Source: an uncultured delta proteobacterium (GTDB lineage Bacteria; Desulfobacterota; Binatia; UBA9968). Taken from it: a stretch of DNA of 64,000 nucleotides. The first letter of the stretch is position 1, and the number at the start of each line of letters is the position of its first letter. Positions 10,790 through 21,570 of the stretch are shown piece by piece. The stretch spans positions 160,001 through 224,000 of the forward strand of contig CAWFJP010000011.1 of assembly GCA_963816145.1 (NCBI GenBank), in the 5' to 3' direction. A model generated the notes under the pieces. The model searched no databases. It saw only the letters and a program-made list of their open reading frames with translations, and had not been told where the DNA came from. The translations under genes were made by a program, and so were the position numbers.

Positions 10790-12172
10790 CTAAGACACCG
10801 GTTTCACCAACTGCCCGTCCCCCGGCTTGCCGGTGATCTTGCCGTCGAGCATCACCGTCTTGCCGCGCAGGATCGTGCGGATTGGCACGCCTTTGACTTT
10901 GCGCTCGTTGTACGGCGTCCAGCCGACTTTGGTATAAGTCGTCGCGTTGGAGATCATGTTCTCTTTGTTCATGTCGACGATCACCATGTCGGCATCCGAG
11001 CCTGGCAGGATCACGCCCTTCTTCGGGTAGATGTTGAAAACCTTGGCCGGGTTGAATGACGAGATGCGCACCAAGCGGTCGAGTGACAGCTTGCCTTGGT
11101 TCACCGCGTCGAGAAATAGGCTTAAATAATCTTGAATCTGCGGCTCGCCGCCAGGGCAACTCCACATATCCGACCAGCCGCGGTCTTTTTCTTCCTTGGT
11201 ATGCGGCGCGTGATCTGTGCCGATCATATCGATGGTGCCATCGTTGATCGCTTCCCACAGGCCGTTGACATGGGCCGGCGGCACCCAGAAGCCCAGGCAA
11301 TAGGGCCCCATCTTCTCGACGTTCTCCCAGGTGCCCAAAAACATCGCCCAGGGATTGACCTCGCAGCTACAGGGCCGGCCTTCGTCTTTGGCGCGGCGCA
11401 GCATGGCGATGCCTTCCGGCGTAGTCATGTGGAGAATATGCAGCGGCGTGCCGAGCGCCTTCTGCATGCGAAACAATGTCGCCATCGCCGTGTCCCAAAT
11501 AATCCCGTCGTAATCGCGATAGGCTTTGGCGTAGGCCTGCGGGCTGCGGTCTTCCTTCTTCCAGTAGCGTCCTTCGATCTCGTCCATCAAATCTTGATCG
11601 TGCGGATGGACCATCAGTGGCAGCCCGGTGCTGCCGACGGTTTCGAAGCATTTGAATAGCTCGCCGTTGTTGTTGATGCCGATGCCGGGCATATGCGGAT
11701 AGTCGCGGCCGGTGTCTTTGACCATGAAGATCTTAAACGCCAGCGGCCCTTCCTTGGCGAGCCCAGGGATTTCCTCGGGCACCGTGCCGGATGGATTGTG
11801 GTTGAAGTCGACAATCGCATTCTTGCTGTGATGCTGCACCAGCGCGCGATAACGCTCCACCGTGGTGGTCGGCGGGTTGACGTTGGGCATGCCGATCGAC
11901 GTGGTCACGCCGCCGGCGGCCGCGGCCATGGTCGCCGTGGTGATGTCTTCTTTATAAGTGAAACCTGGGTCGCGATGATGCGTGTGCGTATCGATCAATC
12001 CAGGGATGACTTTTTTCCCCTTGGCATCGATCACTTCGTCGGCGCTGTCCGGCAACACCGGCGGCTTGCCGAGAGCGATAATCTTACCCCCATGCACCGC
12101 GATATCGGCGTCGATAAAGCCGCCCGGCGTCCAGACCTCGCCATTTTTTACCAGCAAATCCAACTTAGCCAT
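10790..12172 (-). CDS. Dihydroorotase/allantoinase-family amidohydrolase
   Basis: PGLIDTHTHHRDPG, MPN.NP, GTDHAPH, KKG.I.PGSDAD; start at MAKLDL after RBS GGAGAA. Confidence 0.9.
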   Translation of the reverse strand: MAKLDLLVKNGEVWTPGGFIDADIAVHGGKIIALGKPPVLPDSADEVIDAKGKKVIPGLIDTHTHHRDPGFTYKEDITTATMAAAAGGVTTSIGMPNVNPPTTTVERYRALVQHHSKNAIVDFNHNPSGTVPEEIPGLAKEGPLAFKIFMVKDTGRDYPHMPGIGINNNGELFKCFETVGSTGLPLMVHPHDQDLMDEIEGRYWKKEDRSPQAYAKAYRDYDGIIWDTAMATLFRMQKALGTPLHILHMTTPEGIAMLRRAKDEGRPCSCEVNPWAMFLGTWENVEKMGPYCLGFWVPPAHVNGLWEAINDGTIDMIGTDHAPHTKEEKDRGWSDMWSCPGGEPQIQDYLSLFLDAVNQGKLSLDRLVRISSFNPAKVFNIYPKKGVILPGSDADMVIVDMNKENMISNATTYTKVGWTPYNERKVKGVPIRTILRGKTVMLDGKITGKPGDGQLVKPVS

Positions 12173-12313
12173 GAACCTATATTCTCCCTTCGCCGCTTGT
12201 GAAAAATCTTTTATATGATCGGCGCTCGACGGAGTCAAATCGCGGTCTGACAAAGCAAGTTAGGTTCTTCAGGCTTTAGTGTGAATAATGTGCCACGTTC
12301 AGGTTGTTTTGTG

Positions 12314-12393
12314 CACCACGAAGTGCACGAAGGACACGAAGGTTCCAGATAATTAACACTCCGAACTTCGTGCTCTTGGTGTCCTTCGTGGTG
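12314..12393. repeat. REP-like palindrome family A (9-nt CACGAAGnn units), intact copy
   Basis: CACCACGAAGTGCACGAAGGACACGAAG...CTTCGTGCTCTTGGTGTCCTTCGTGGTG, with outer arms at ~12263-12285 and ~12394-12425. Confidence 0.9.
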
Positions 12394-12527
12394 AAAACAT
12401 CTTCACAGTAAAACGTGGAAGAACCGCAAGTAAAGCCAATCAAAGTTAGCTTGACTCGCTAGGTTAAATCTGAAAATATCGCTCCGCTTCGCCGACCGTC
12501 GACCGCAGGGAGCCAAGGAGAAATTCC

Positions 12528-13538
12528 ATGCTAACTTCCGTTTATATCTTGCTCGTTACGTTGCTCAGTCTGCCGTTAACAGTGACCGCGGTGCGCGCCC
12601 AAAGCGCCCAGTTGGTTGAAGCCGCCAAGAAAGAAGGCAAAGCAGTGGTCTACGGGTCACTCGAAGGCGACACCATGGAAGCCATCATCCAAGGCTTCAA
12701 AAAGAAAACCGGCATCGACGCGGAGTACTGGCGCGCTTCGGCGACCAAGGTGATGGATCGCGCCATGACCGAGTTTCGCGCCGGCAAAGGGGGCGCCGAT
12801 GCCATCGTCGCCGCCGACAACGTCATGCGCCTGATGCAAAAGGACGGCTTCTTTCAGAAATACGATTCACCGACCAATAGCGACTTTCCCAAAGACGTCA
12901 TCGATCCCAATTTGGGGGCGCGCTACCGCAACGTCGTCGTCGGCGTGGTCTACAATAAAGCGGCGCTGAAGCCAAACGAATATCCCAAAACGCTGGAGGA
13001 TCTCGCCAAGCCGCAATACAAAGGCAGGATCGTCATGCCCGACCCGACCCAGCACACGACCACCACACAGTGGTTGGCGAGTTTGTATAAGATCATGGGC
13101 AAAGAGAAGGCCGAGAAATTCATGCACGATCTTGCCGCCAATAAGCCGGTGTGGGTCGAGTCGCTATTGCCTGCAGCAGAGCGGGTGGCCAGCGGTGAAA
13201 TCCCCATCGCCATCACTTACATCAAGTACGCTTATATCGATGGCAAAAAAGGCGCTCCGGTGGACTACGTGCGCGATGCGAAGGTGATCGGCGATGCCAG
13301 CTACATCACGCTCGCCAGTAAAGCGCCCCATGTCAATGCCGGCAAAGCCTTCATCGACTACTTTCTCGGCGACGAGAGCATGAACCTGATGTCCAAGTTG
13401 GGCGAGTTCGTCAATCGCAAGGGAGTTCTGCCGCCGCTGCCCGGCGCCGACAAGCTCGGCTTCGTCGAAATGGACGACTTGAGCACTAAAGAGTTTGCCG
13501 AGAAGAAAAAGGAATACACGCAAATTTTCTTGCGCTAG
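12528..13538 (+). CDS. ABC transporter substrate-binding protein (Fe3+/AfuA-like)
   Basis: Signal peptide; AAKKEGKAVVYGS, PKTLEDLAKPQYKGRI, APHVNAGKAFIDY. Confidence 0.9.
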   Translation: MLTSVYILLVTLLSLPLTVTAVRAQSAQLVEAAKKEGKAVVYGSLEGDTMEAIIQGFKKKTGIDAEYWRASATKVMDRAMTEFRAGKGGADAIVAADNVMRLMQKDGFFQKYDSPTNSDFPKDVIDPNLGARYRNVVVGVVYNKAALKPNEYPKTLEDLAKPQYKGRIVMPDPTQHTTTTQWLASLYKIMGKEKAEKFMHDLAANKPVWVESLLPAAERVASGEIPIAITYIKYAYIDGKKGAPVDYVRDAKVIGDASYITLASKAPHVNAGKAFIDYFLGDESMNLMSKLGEFVNRKGVLPPLPGADKLGFVEMDDLSTKEFAEKKKEYTQIFLR

Positions 13539-13676
13539 CGAGCTGCAGAAATAAGCCGAAAGATGCGTCGACAATCTTAGCATGAACGGAATTAATTCAA
13601 TCCCTTATCCGTTCGTCCTGAGCCTGTCGACGGACTCCGAGAGGATTGTTCAGTAAGCTGCTAGCTGGATCCATTC

Positions 13677-15434
13677 GTGTCGACTCCGGAAACCACTCTC
13701 AGCACGCCAGCGCCGCTCGCCTCGGCGTGGAGCCGGTCGCGCATCGGCGACTTTCTCAGCCAACCCGTCAGTTGGGTGTTTCTCATCGTCGGCGGCATCA
13801 TCGCCTTTCTCAGCCTCTATCCGACCTATTTTCTGTTTTACGGCAGTCTCACCGACGCGCCTTTGGGCGTGCCCGGTCACTTCACGTTGCAAAACTACGT
13901 CAAAGCCTACAGTGATCCCGAGGCCTATTCGCTGCTGTTGAACTCGTTTATCTTCGGCATCGGCGCCTCCGGTCTCTCGATTGTCTTCGCGCTGGCCCTA
14001 GCCTGGATCACCATCCGCACCGATGCGCCATGGCGCCGTTTGTTTGAATTGATCGCGATCATCCCGAATATTTTGCCGCCGATCTTGGTTTCCATCTCTT
14101 GGGTCATGCTGCTCAATCCTAGCAACGGTCTGATCAACGGCTTGTTCGTGAAGCTCTTCGGCATGGAGAAAGGGCCGTTCAATATTTACTCCATGCCTGG
14201 GCTGATCTTCGTCGAAGCGCTGATCCTGACGCCATTGGCGTTTCTAATCGTCGCCGCGGCGATGAAAAGCATGGACCCGTCGCTGGAAGAGTCGGCCAAG
14301 ACTCTCGGCTCGGGTGAATTCGGCGTCATGCGGCGGATTACTTTTCCATTGATACGCCCGGCCATACTCGCGGCGGGAACGCTGAACTTCGTCCGCGCCA
14401 TCGAAAGCTTCGACACTCCGGCGATCATCGCCCTGCCGGCGCGCATCGAAGTGTTCACCACGAAGATTTGGCGCGAAGCGCTGGGCTCGTTTCCGACCAA
14501 TCACAACCTTGCCGCCGCCTACGGTGTCGGCATACTTTTCGTCGCCTTGGTCTTCGTTTATCTTTACCGCCGCTTTACTTCGCAAGTGGAATCGTTTTCC
14601 ACCGTCACCGGCAAGGGTTTTCGGCCGCACCAGATCGAGCTCGGCCCATGGCGTTACGCCGCCACCGGCGTCGCGTTGTTCTTGCTGATTCTGCTGGTGG
14701 TGTTACCGATTTTGGTTTTGTCGCTGGTGGCGATTCTACCGTACTATCATGTGCCGACCTGGCAGACCTGGCACAATTTAACCCTGTCCCATTTTCAATA
14801 TGTCTGGGCCACGCCGCGTGTCCACAAGGCGTTCATCAATAGCCTTATCCTCGCCTTGCTCGGTGCCACGCTGTGCATGCTGCTAGCTTCGTTAGCCGCT
14901 TACATTACGGTCAGAACCAAAATCGCCGGGCGCGGCCTGATCGAAGGTTTGGTTTTCATCCCCTGGGCGTTTCCCGGCACTGCGATGGCATTGGGGCTGC
15001 TGTGGGCTTACGTCGACTTTCCGATTCCGGTCTACGCCACCATCTGGATCATTCTGATCGCCTACGTTACCCGCTTCCTCCCCTACGGCCTGCGCGCCGT
15101 CACCAGTACGATCATCCAAGTGCACAAGGAATTGGAGGAGGCCTCGATCGTCTGCGGCGCCGGTTTTCTGGCAACATTTCGCCGCGTGTTGATTCCGATG
15201 ATGCGCCCGGGCGTCATGGCCGGCTGGATTATTCTCGTGACCATTTTCATGCGCGAGTTCAGCGCGACTTTGTTCTTATACAGCCCCGGCGCTGAACCGC
15301 TCGGACCGCTGCTTTACTTTCTCTATCTCGACGGCATGCGCGGCCGGGTCGCGGCCATCGGCTTGGTTATATCGCTCATATCAGTAATCTTAATCGCCAT
15401 CGCCCAACGCTACTCAAGGTGGGACACGAAGTAA
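13677..15434 (+). CDS. ABC transporter permease (FbpB-type, two TM modules)
   Basis: Two EAA-like loops: MDPSLEESAKTLG and HKELEEASIVCGA. Confidence 0.92.
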   Translation: MSTPETTLSTPAPLASAWSRSRIGDFLSQPVSWVFLIVGGIIAFLSLYPTYFLFYGSLTDAPLGVPGHFTLQNYVKAYSDPEAYSLLLNSFIFGIGASGLSIVFALALAWITIRTDAPWRRLFELIAIIPNILPPILVSISWVMLLNPSNGLINGLFVKLFGMEKGPFNIYSMPGLIFVEALILTPLAFLIVAAAMKSMDPSLEESAKTLGSGEFGVMRRITFPLIRPAILAAGTLNFVRAIESFDTPAIIALPARIEVFTTKIWREALGSFPTNHNLAAAYGVGILFVALVFVYLYRRFTSQVESFSTVTGKGFRPHQIELGPWRYAATGVALFLLILLVVLPILVLSLVAILPYYHVPTWQTWHNLTLSHFQYVWATPRVHKAFINSLILALLGATLCMLLASLAAYITVRTKIAGRGLIEGLVFIPWAFPGTAMALGLLWAYVDFPIPVYATIWIILIAYVTRFLPYGLRAVTSTIIQVHKELEEASIVCGAGFLATFRRVLIPMMRPGVMAGWIILVTIFMREFSATLFLYSPGAEPLGPLLYFLYLDGMRGRVAAIGLVISLISVILIAIAQRYSRWDTK

Positions 15435-15466
15435 ATTGATAATTGAGAATGGATAATTGAGAATTT
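15434..15466. repeat. 7-nt tandem repeat (AATTGAG-like x4)
   Basis: AATTGAT AATTGAG AATGGAT AATTGAG AATT. Confidence 0.75.
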
Positions 15467-15534
15467 GGGATCGACGCAATCCTCCATCCTCGATCTGCTG
15501 GAAGATTTTGCGGGTTTACTGTAAAAGAGATTTT

Positions 15535-15815
15535 CACCACGAAGTGTCCGTGAGCTTACGCTCGTCTATAGAGTATGAAATTGCATCTCTCCCCAGCGCC
15601 ACATGGTTCCTCCCCTGATTCGTCATGCCGGCGCAGGCCGGCATCCAGGGGTGGGAGGGGATGGATACCGGCTTTCGCCGGTATGACGGAAGCCTCATTC
15701 CAATTCATTGCCCAGATCGTACCTGTACGTGTATTTTCGCAGGAGGACACGAAGAGCACGAAGTACGGAGTAATAATTATCCGAAACCTTCGTGTCCTTC
15801 GTGCTCTTCGTGGTG
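15535..15815. repeat. REP family A copy interrupted by a ~200-bp insert carrying a second palindrome (15621-15688)
   Basis: CACCACGAAG at 15535-15544 is separated from GACACGAAGAGCACGAAG at 15746. The insert contains CGTCATGCCGGCGCAGGCCGGCATCC...GGATACCGGCTTTCGCCGGTATGACG. Confidence 0.8.
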
Positions 15816-15888
15816 ATCAAAGCAATCTGAACGACACACATGATCCACAGCAATGGCTGAAGAGCCAATGAGATAGGGAGATATTCAA

Positions 15889-16881
15889 GTGGAAAAACTA
15901 TTTCTAACCGTCGCCTGCGGCGACTACGACCGCACTAAACCGCTCCAGGACGGCTCGGTGGAGCCGGAGGGGATCAAGCTCAATTACATTCCCATGCAGT
16001 CGGAGGAGATTTTCTGGCGCATGGGCCACTACAAAGAATTCGATGTCTCGGAAATGTCGCTTTCCGCCCATGTCACGATGATCGGTCAAGGCGACTCTCC
16101 GTTCGTCGGTATTCCAATATTTCCCTCGCGATATTTTAGGCACTCTTCAGTCTACTACAATGTCGAATCGGGCATAAAAAAACCCGAAGACTTCAAAGGC
16201 AAAAAAGTCGGCACGCCGGAGTATGCTATGACAGCAGGAGTCTGGATTCGCGGCTTTTTTAGCGATGACTACGGCGTAAGAGCGCAGGATATGAAATGGT
16301 TTCTTGGCGGGCAGGCCGATCCCGGTCGAAAAGAACGAGTCAAGCTGGACCTTCCGCCGGACATCAATATCCAGTCCATTCCCGATAATAAAACGCTCAA
16401 TGGCATGCTCGAGAGCGGAGAAATCGACGCGCTGATTTCGGCGCGCAGCCCTTCCGGTCTTGGCGACGGCTCAGGAAAAGTGCGGCGCCTGTTTCCCAAC
16501 TACAAGGAAGTGGAAATCGAGTATTACAAGCACACGAAAATATTTCCCATCATGCACATCGTGGTGATTCGTAAAGATGTGTATGAACGCCACCCGTGGG
16601 TCGCGCGCAGTCTGTTCAAAGCTTTCTGCGACGCCAAGAACCGCGCCATCGAAACCATGCATATCTCCAACGCCCACGCCTACGCACTGCCTTGGCTGTC
16701 GTGGGAACGGGAGCAGCTCAGAGAAATCTTCGGTCCTGATTGGTGGCCCTATGGCATCGAGCCCAACCGCCATGTGCTCGAATCTTTAATCCGCTACATG
16801 ACCGAGCAGGGCCTCTTGAAACGCCCGCTGAAAGTGGAGGACATTTTCGCGCCGAGCGCTGTGGGAGAGTTCAAGCTATAA
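15889..16881 (+). CDS. 4,5-dihydroxyphthalate decarboxylase-like protein (PBP2 fold)
   Basis: LTVACGDYDRT, FDVSEMSLS, IPIFPSRYFRHS, IFPIMH, WWPYGIEPNR; no signal peptide. Confidence 0.85.
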   Translation: MEKLFLTVACGDYDRTKPLQDGSVEPEGIKLNYIPMQSEEIFWRMGHYKEFDVSEMSLSAHVTMIGQGDSPFVGIPIFPSRYFRHSSVYYNVESGIKKPEDFKGKKVGTPEYAMTAGVWIRGFFSDDYGVRAQDMKWFLGGQADPGRKERVKLDLPPDINIQSIPDNKTLNGMLESGEIDALISARSPSGLGDGSGKVRRLFPNYKEVEIEYYKHTKIFPIMHIVVIRKDVYERHPWVARSLFKAFCDAKNRAIETMHISNAHAYALPWLSWEREQLREIFGPDWWPYGIEPNRHVLESLIRYMTEQGLLKRPLKVEDIFAPSAVGEFKL

Positions 16882-16882
16882 C

Positions 16883-16985
16883 AGGCAATAGGCATGAGGC
16901 ACTAGGCAATAGTAGGAACCGGCCATGCCGCGTTCTGCCAATCTCTTACTTCTTGCTATTGCCTAATGCCTGTTGCCTAATGCCT
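16883..16985. repeat. Inverted pair of 7-nt tandem repeats (AGGCAAT-like)
   Basis: AGGCAAT AGGCATG AGGCACT AGGCAAT AG ... CTATTGCCT AATGCCT GTTGCCT AATGCCT. Confidence 0.8.
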
Positions 16986-17414
16986 TTTGTGTCACGCCTA
17001 TCCCAATTCGCCTCACGCCTTCTTAGTTCCGCCCGCACAGCCCATCTAGCGACAACGGACAAATCCGGCCAGCCCCATGTCATACCGATCTGCTTTGTCT
17101 TCGACGGCAACCATTTCTATTCGCCCATCGACGAGAAACCGAAACGCGCCGCTCCCAGCAAACTCAAACGGCTGAAGAACATCCGCGAAAATCCCAGTGT
17201 CGCCCTGGTCATCGACCATTATGAGGAAGACTGGCGCAAGCTCGCCTACGTTCTTGTGTTCGGCAAGGCGCGGATTTTACAAAGCGGAGCGAAGCATCGA
17301 CGCGCCGTCAAACTTCTACGCCGAAAGTATCGTCAATATCGCACCATGGCCATCGATGAGCGGCCGATGATTGTCATCACGGCGAAACGGATCGTCGGCT
17401 GGGGCGAGCTATGA
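16980..17414 (+). CDS. PPOX-class putative F420-dependent oxidoreductase (Rv0121-like)
   Basis: AHLATTDKSGQPHVIPICF, YSPIDEKPK, LKRLKNIRENPSVALVIDHYEEDW. Confidence 0.85.
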   Translation: MPFVSRLSQFASRLLSSARTAHLATTDKSGQPHVIPICFVFDGNHFYSPIDEKPKRAAPSKLKRLKNIRENPSVALVIDHYEEDWRKLAYVLVFGKARILQSGAKHRRAVKLLRRKYRQYRTMAIDERPMIVITAKRIVGWGEL

Positions 17415-17569
17415 TTGGTTTTGGATTCGTCTGGTAATCGAGAAGTTACTTTTCTTACCCAGAGATACGCTCAGTAATATTTTATAAAATCCCTCTTTGG
17501 AAACTGACCCAGCGTCACATCCTTTTGCTGGACACAGTAGCCCCGACGTTAGATGGCAGACTGGTAACG

Positions 17570-17714
17570 ATTCCCCCTTTGGAAAAGGGGGATCAAGGGG
17601 GATTTGTTTGTGCGGTGGGGCGATCTTCATTGTTGCAAACTGGCTGACTGGTGGAACGATGCGAGACTATGCAAGCAAAAAAATCTCCCCTACCCCTCTT
17701 TTCCAAAGAGGGGT
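17570..17714. repeat. REP-like inverted repeat (TCCCCCTTT-GGAAAGGGGG type)
   Basis: TCCCCCTTTGGAAAAGGGGGATCAAGGGGGATTT ... AAATCTCCCCTACCCCTCTTTTCCAAAGAGGGG, between convergent genes. Confidence 0.8.
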
Positions 17715-17830
17715 AATGCACAAGAACCTGCCAAGGCTTGAATGGTTAACCAGAATTTGCTGTGAGTCCCAAATCGTCCGTCTTCAGACAGAACTCGTGG
17801 GTGAAAATCAGCTTTCAAGAGGGGAATGGA

Positions 17831-19196
17831 TTACTTGATGCCGAGACTCTTGATCATGCGCAGAAAATACTTCTCGTGCAGGCCCAGTGCTTTCGCCGCA
17901 GCAGCGCGGTTGCCGTTTGTCTGCGCCAACGCCTGCACCACTAACGATCGTCGCGTCGACTCCATCGCCTCGCGGTAGCTAGGGCTGTCATTCTGAGCCA
18001 GCGCTGTCGCCGCAACAATACGGTTCGGCAGATCTTTGACCGTCAGCGTCTCACCGCTGCCCAAGACCACGGCGCGCTCGATCACGTTGGCAAGCTCGCG
18101 GACATTTCCCGGCCAGTGATACGCGCCCAGTTTTACCAACGCGTCGTTCTCTAGAATTGTGAAATTCTTCTTCGACTCCGCGGCGAATCGTCGAAGAAAG
18201 TGCTCCGCCAAGGCGCCGATGTCTTCGGTTCTTTCGCGCAGCGGCGGCAATGTGATCGGGATGACATTGAGCCGATGGTAGAGATCTTCGCGGAAGCGGT
18301 TTTCACCGACGGCGCTTTCGAGATCGCGATTGGTCGCGGCGACGATGCGCACGTCGACGCGGATCGGCTCGCGCCCGCCGACCCGGTCGAATTCGCGCTC
18401 CTGGAGAAAGCGCAGCAGCTTGGTTTGCAGCTCCGCCGACATATCGCCGATCTCGTCGAGGAAAACCGTACCGCCGTTGGCCAGCTCCATCTTGCCTTTT
18501 TTGAGCTGGTCGGCGCCGGTGAAGGCGCCCTTCTCATGGCCGAACAGTTCGCTTTCCAGGAGTTCTCTCGACAAGCCGACGCAGTTGATCGCGACGAAGG
18601 GTTGGCTGCTGCGCTCGCTCCAGTGATGCATCGCGCGGGCGAAGATTTCCTTGCCCGTGCCGCTTTCTCCCAGGAGTAATACCGTGGCGCTGCTCGCCGC
18701 CGCTTTGCGCGCCATGTCCACCGCATCGGCCATTGGTTTACTCTGGCCGACGATCAGCCGGTGGCGATTATCGGTCTCGGCCGCGAGCAGTTGCCAGCTC
18801 CGTTTCAGCGCCTCGCTTTCGAGCGCTTTGCGCACAACGATGTCGAAATGGTTGGCGTCGAGGGGCTTGGTGATGAAATCATAAGCGCCTTCTTTCATCG
18901 CCGCCACCGCGCTTTCGATGGAACCATGGGCGGTGATGACCACGACGGGAAATGCCGTTCCTACGGCGTCGCAAGTGGCGCAGCACTTCGATGCCGCCCA
19001 TCTTGGGCATCTGCAAGTCCAACAACATCAGAGCCGGCTCATGCTTCTTGATCTGCGCCAGCGCTTCCTCGCCGTCGGCGGCCAAAGCAACCTCGCAACC
19101 CAATGCGCGCAAACGCACCTGCAACAGCCGCCGCGCCGGCGCGTCGTCGTCGACGATCAACACGCGCGCTCCGGTTGTCATCTTCCCAGGCTCCAC
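17831..19196 (-). CDS. Sigma54-dependent response regulator (NtrC/AtoC type); apparent frameshift near 18960
   Basis: The receiver domain (VLIVDDD, LLDLQMPKMGG) is in 18879..19196. GESGTGKE, ESELFGHEKGAFTGA, LDEIG and a Fis HTH are in 17831..18943. Confidence 0.88.
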
Positions 19197-19253
19197 GGAT
19201 CGTTGCCTCTCATTTCGATTCTTGCAGGTTTAATGTGGGGAGGTTTTCACCAC

Positions 19254-20764
<1,511 letters not shown>

Positions 20765-20836
20765 GAAGGACACGAAGAGCACGAAGTTCGGAACTTTAAT
20801 CATCCGAACCTTCGTGTCCTTCGTGCCTTCGTGGTG
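20765..20836. repeat. REP family A copy forming the intron 5' exon
   Basis: GAAGGACACGAAGAGCACGAAG...CTTCGTGTCCTTCGTGCCTTCGTGGTG. The missing left end CACCAC is at 19248-19253. Confidence 0.9.
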
Positions 20837-20901
20837 AACATTCCCTTCCGATTTTTGCGCCCTTTGCGTTCTTTGCGGTGAAATCTCCGAATCCGATCCG
20901 G

Positions 20902-21270
20902 TTATTTTAGATGCCGGCCGATCTCGGCCAGAAAGATCGTCTTGTCGATGGGCTTGGTGACATAGCCGCTGCAGCCGGCGGCCAGCGCTTTGTCGCGGTC
21001 GCCGGCCATCGCGTAAGACGTTACCGCGATCACCGGAATTTCCGCGGTCGCCGGTTCGGCGCGCAACTTGGTTGTGGCCTCGAGTCCATCCATTCCCGGC
21101 AACTGGATATCCATGACGATAAGATCGAACTGCTCGGCCTTTAGAATATCGAACGCCTCGATCGCACTGGTCGCCTCGCGCACCTGATAGCCCTGCGAGC
21201 GCAAGAGAAAAATCGCCAGCCGCCGATTCACCGGATTATCTTCAACCAACAGAATTTTTTCGCCAGCCAC
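20902..21270 (-). CDS. Single-domain response regulator (DivK/CheY-like)
   Basis: ILLVEDN, DLIVMDIQLPGMDG, AVTSYAMAGD, YVTKPI. Confidence 0.93.
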   Translation of the reverse strand: MAGEKILLVEDNPVNRRLAIFLLRSQGYQVREATSAIEAFDILKAEQFDLIVMDIQLPGMDGLEATTKLRAEPATAEIPVIAVTSYAMAGDRDKALAAGCSGYVTKPIDKTIFLAEIGRHLK

Positions 21271-21341
21271 TTTCTCACCTCAAGCGCCGTGTTCGTGAGC
21301 AAATCACGCTCGTGATTGCCGTACCGAGCCACAGGCGAAAC

Positions 21342-21506
21342 AAAATCCGAAATCCGAATATCGAAATCCGAAACAAACCAGGCCAAAATAAATCTCAAAT
21401 CTGGAAAATCCAAAACGAGGAATTGGAATCAGGCTTGTTTGGAGCATTGCGTTTGTTTTGATCATTTGAATTTGTTTCGGATTTCGAATTTTGTGCTTCG
21501 AATTTT
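21342..21506. repeat. Inverted heptamer-repeat element family B, copy 1
   Basis: AAATCCG AAATCCG AATATCG AAATCCG AAACAAA ... TTTGTTTCGGATTTCG...TTCGAATTTT; second copy at 43404-43562. Confidence 0.85.
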
Positions 21507-21570
21507 CTCAACTCAGCCGCTAATCCTTACGTTCAACCCTACCTGCGCCTTACTCCTTACCCTTCACACC

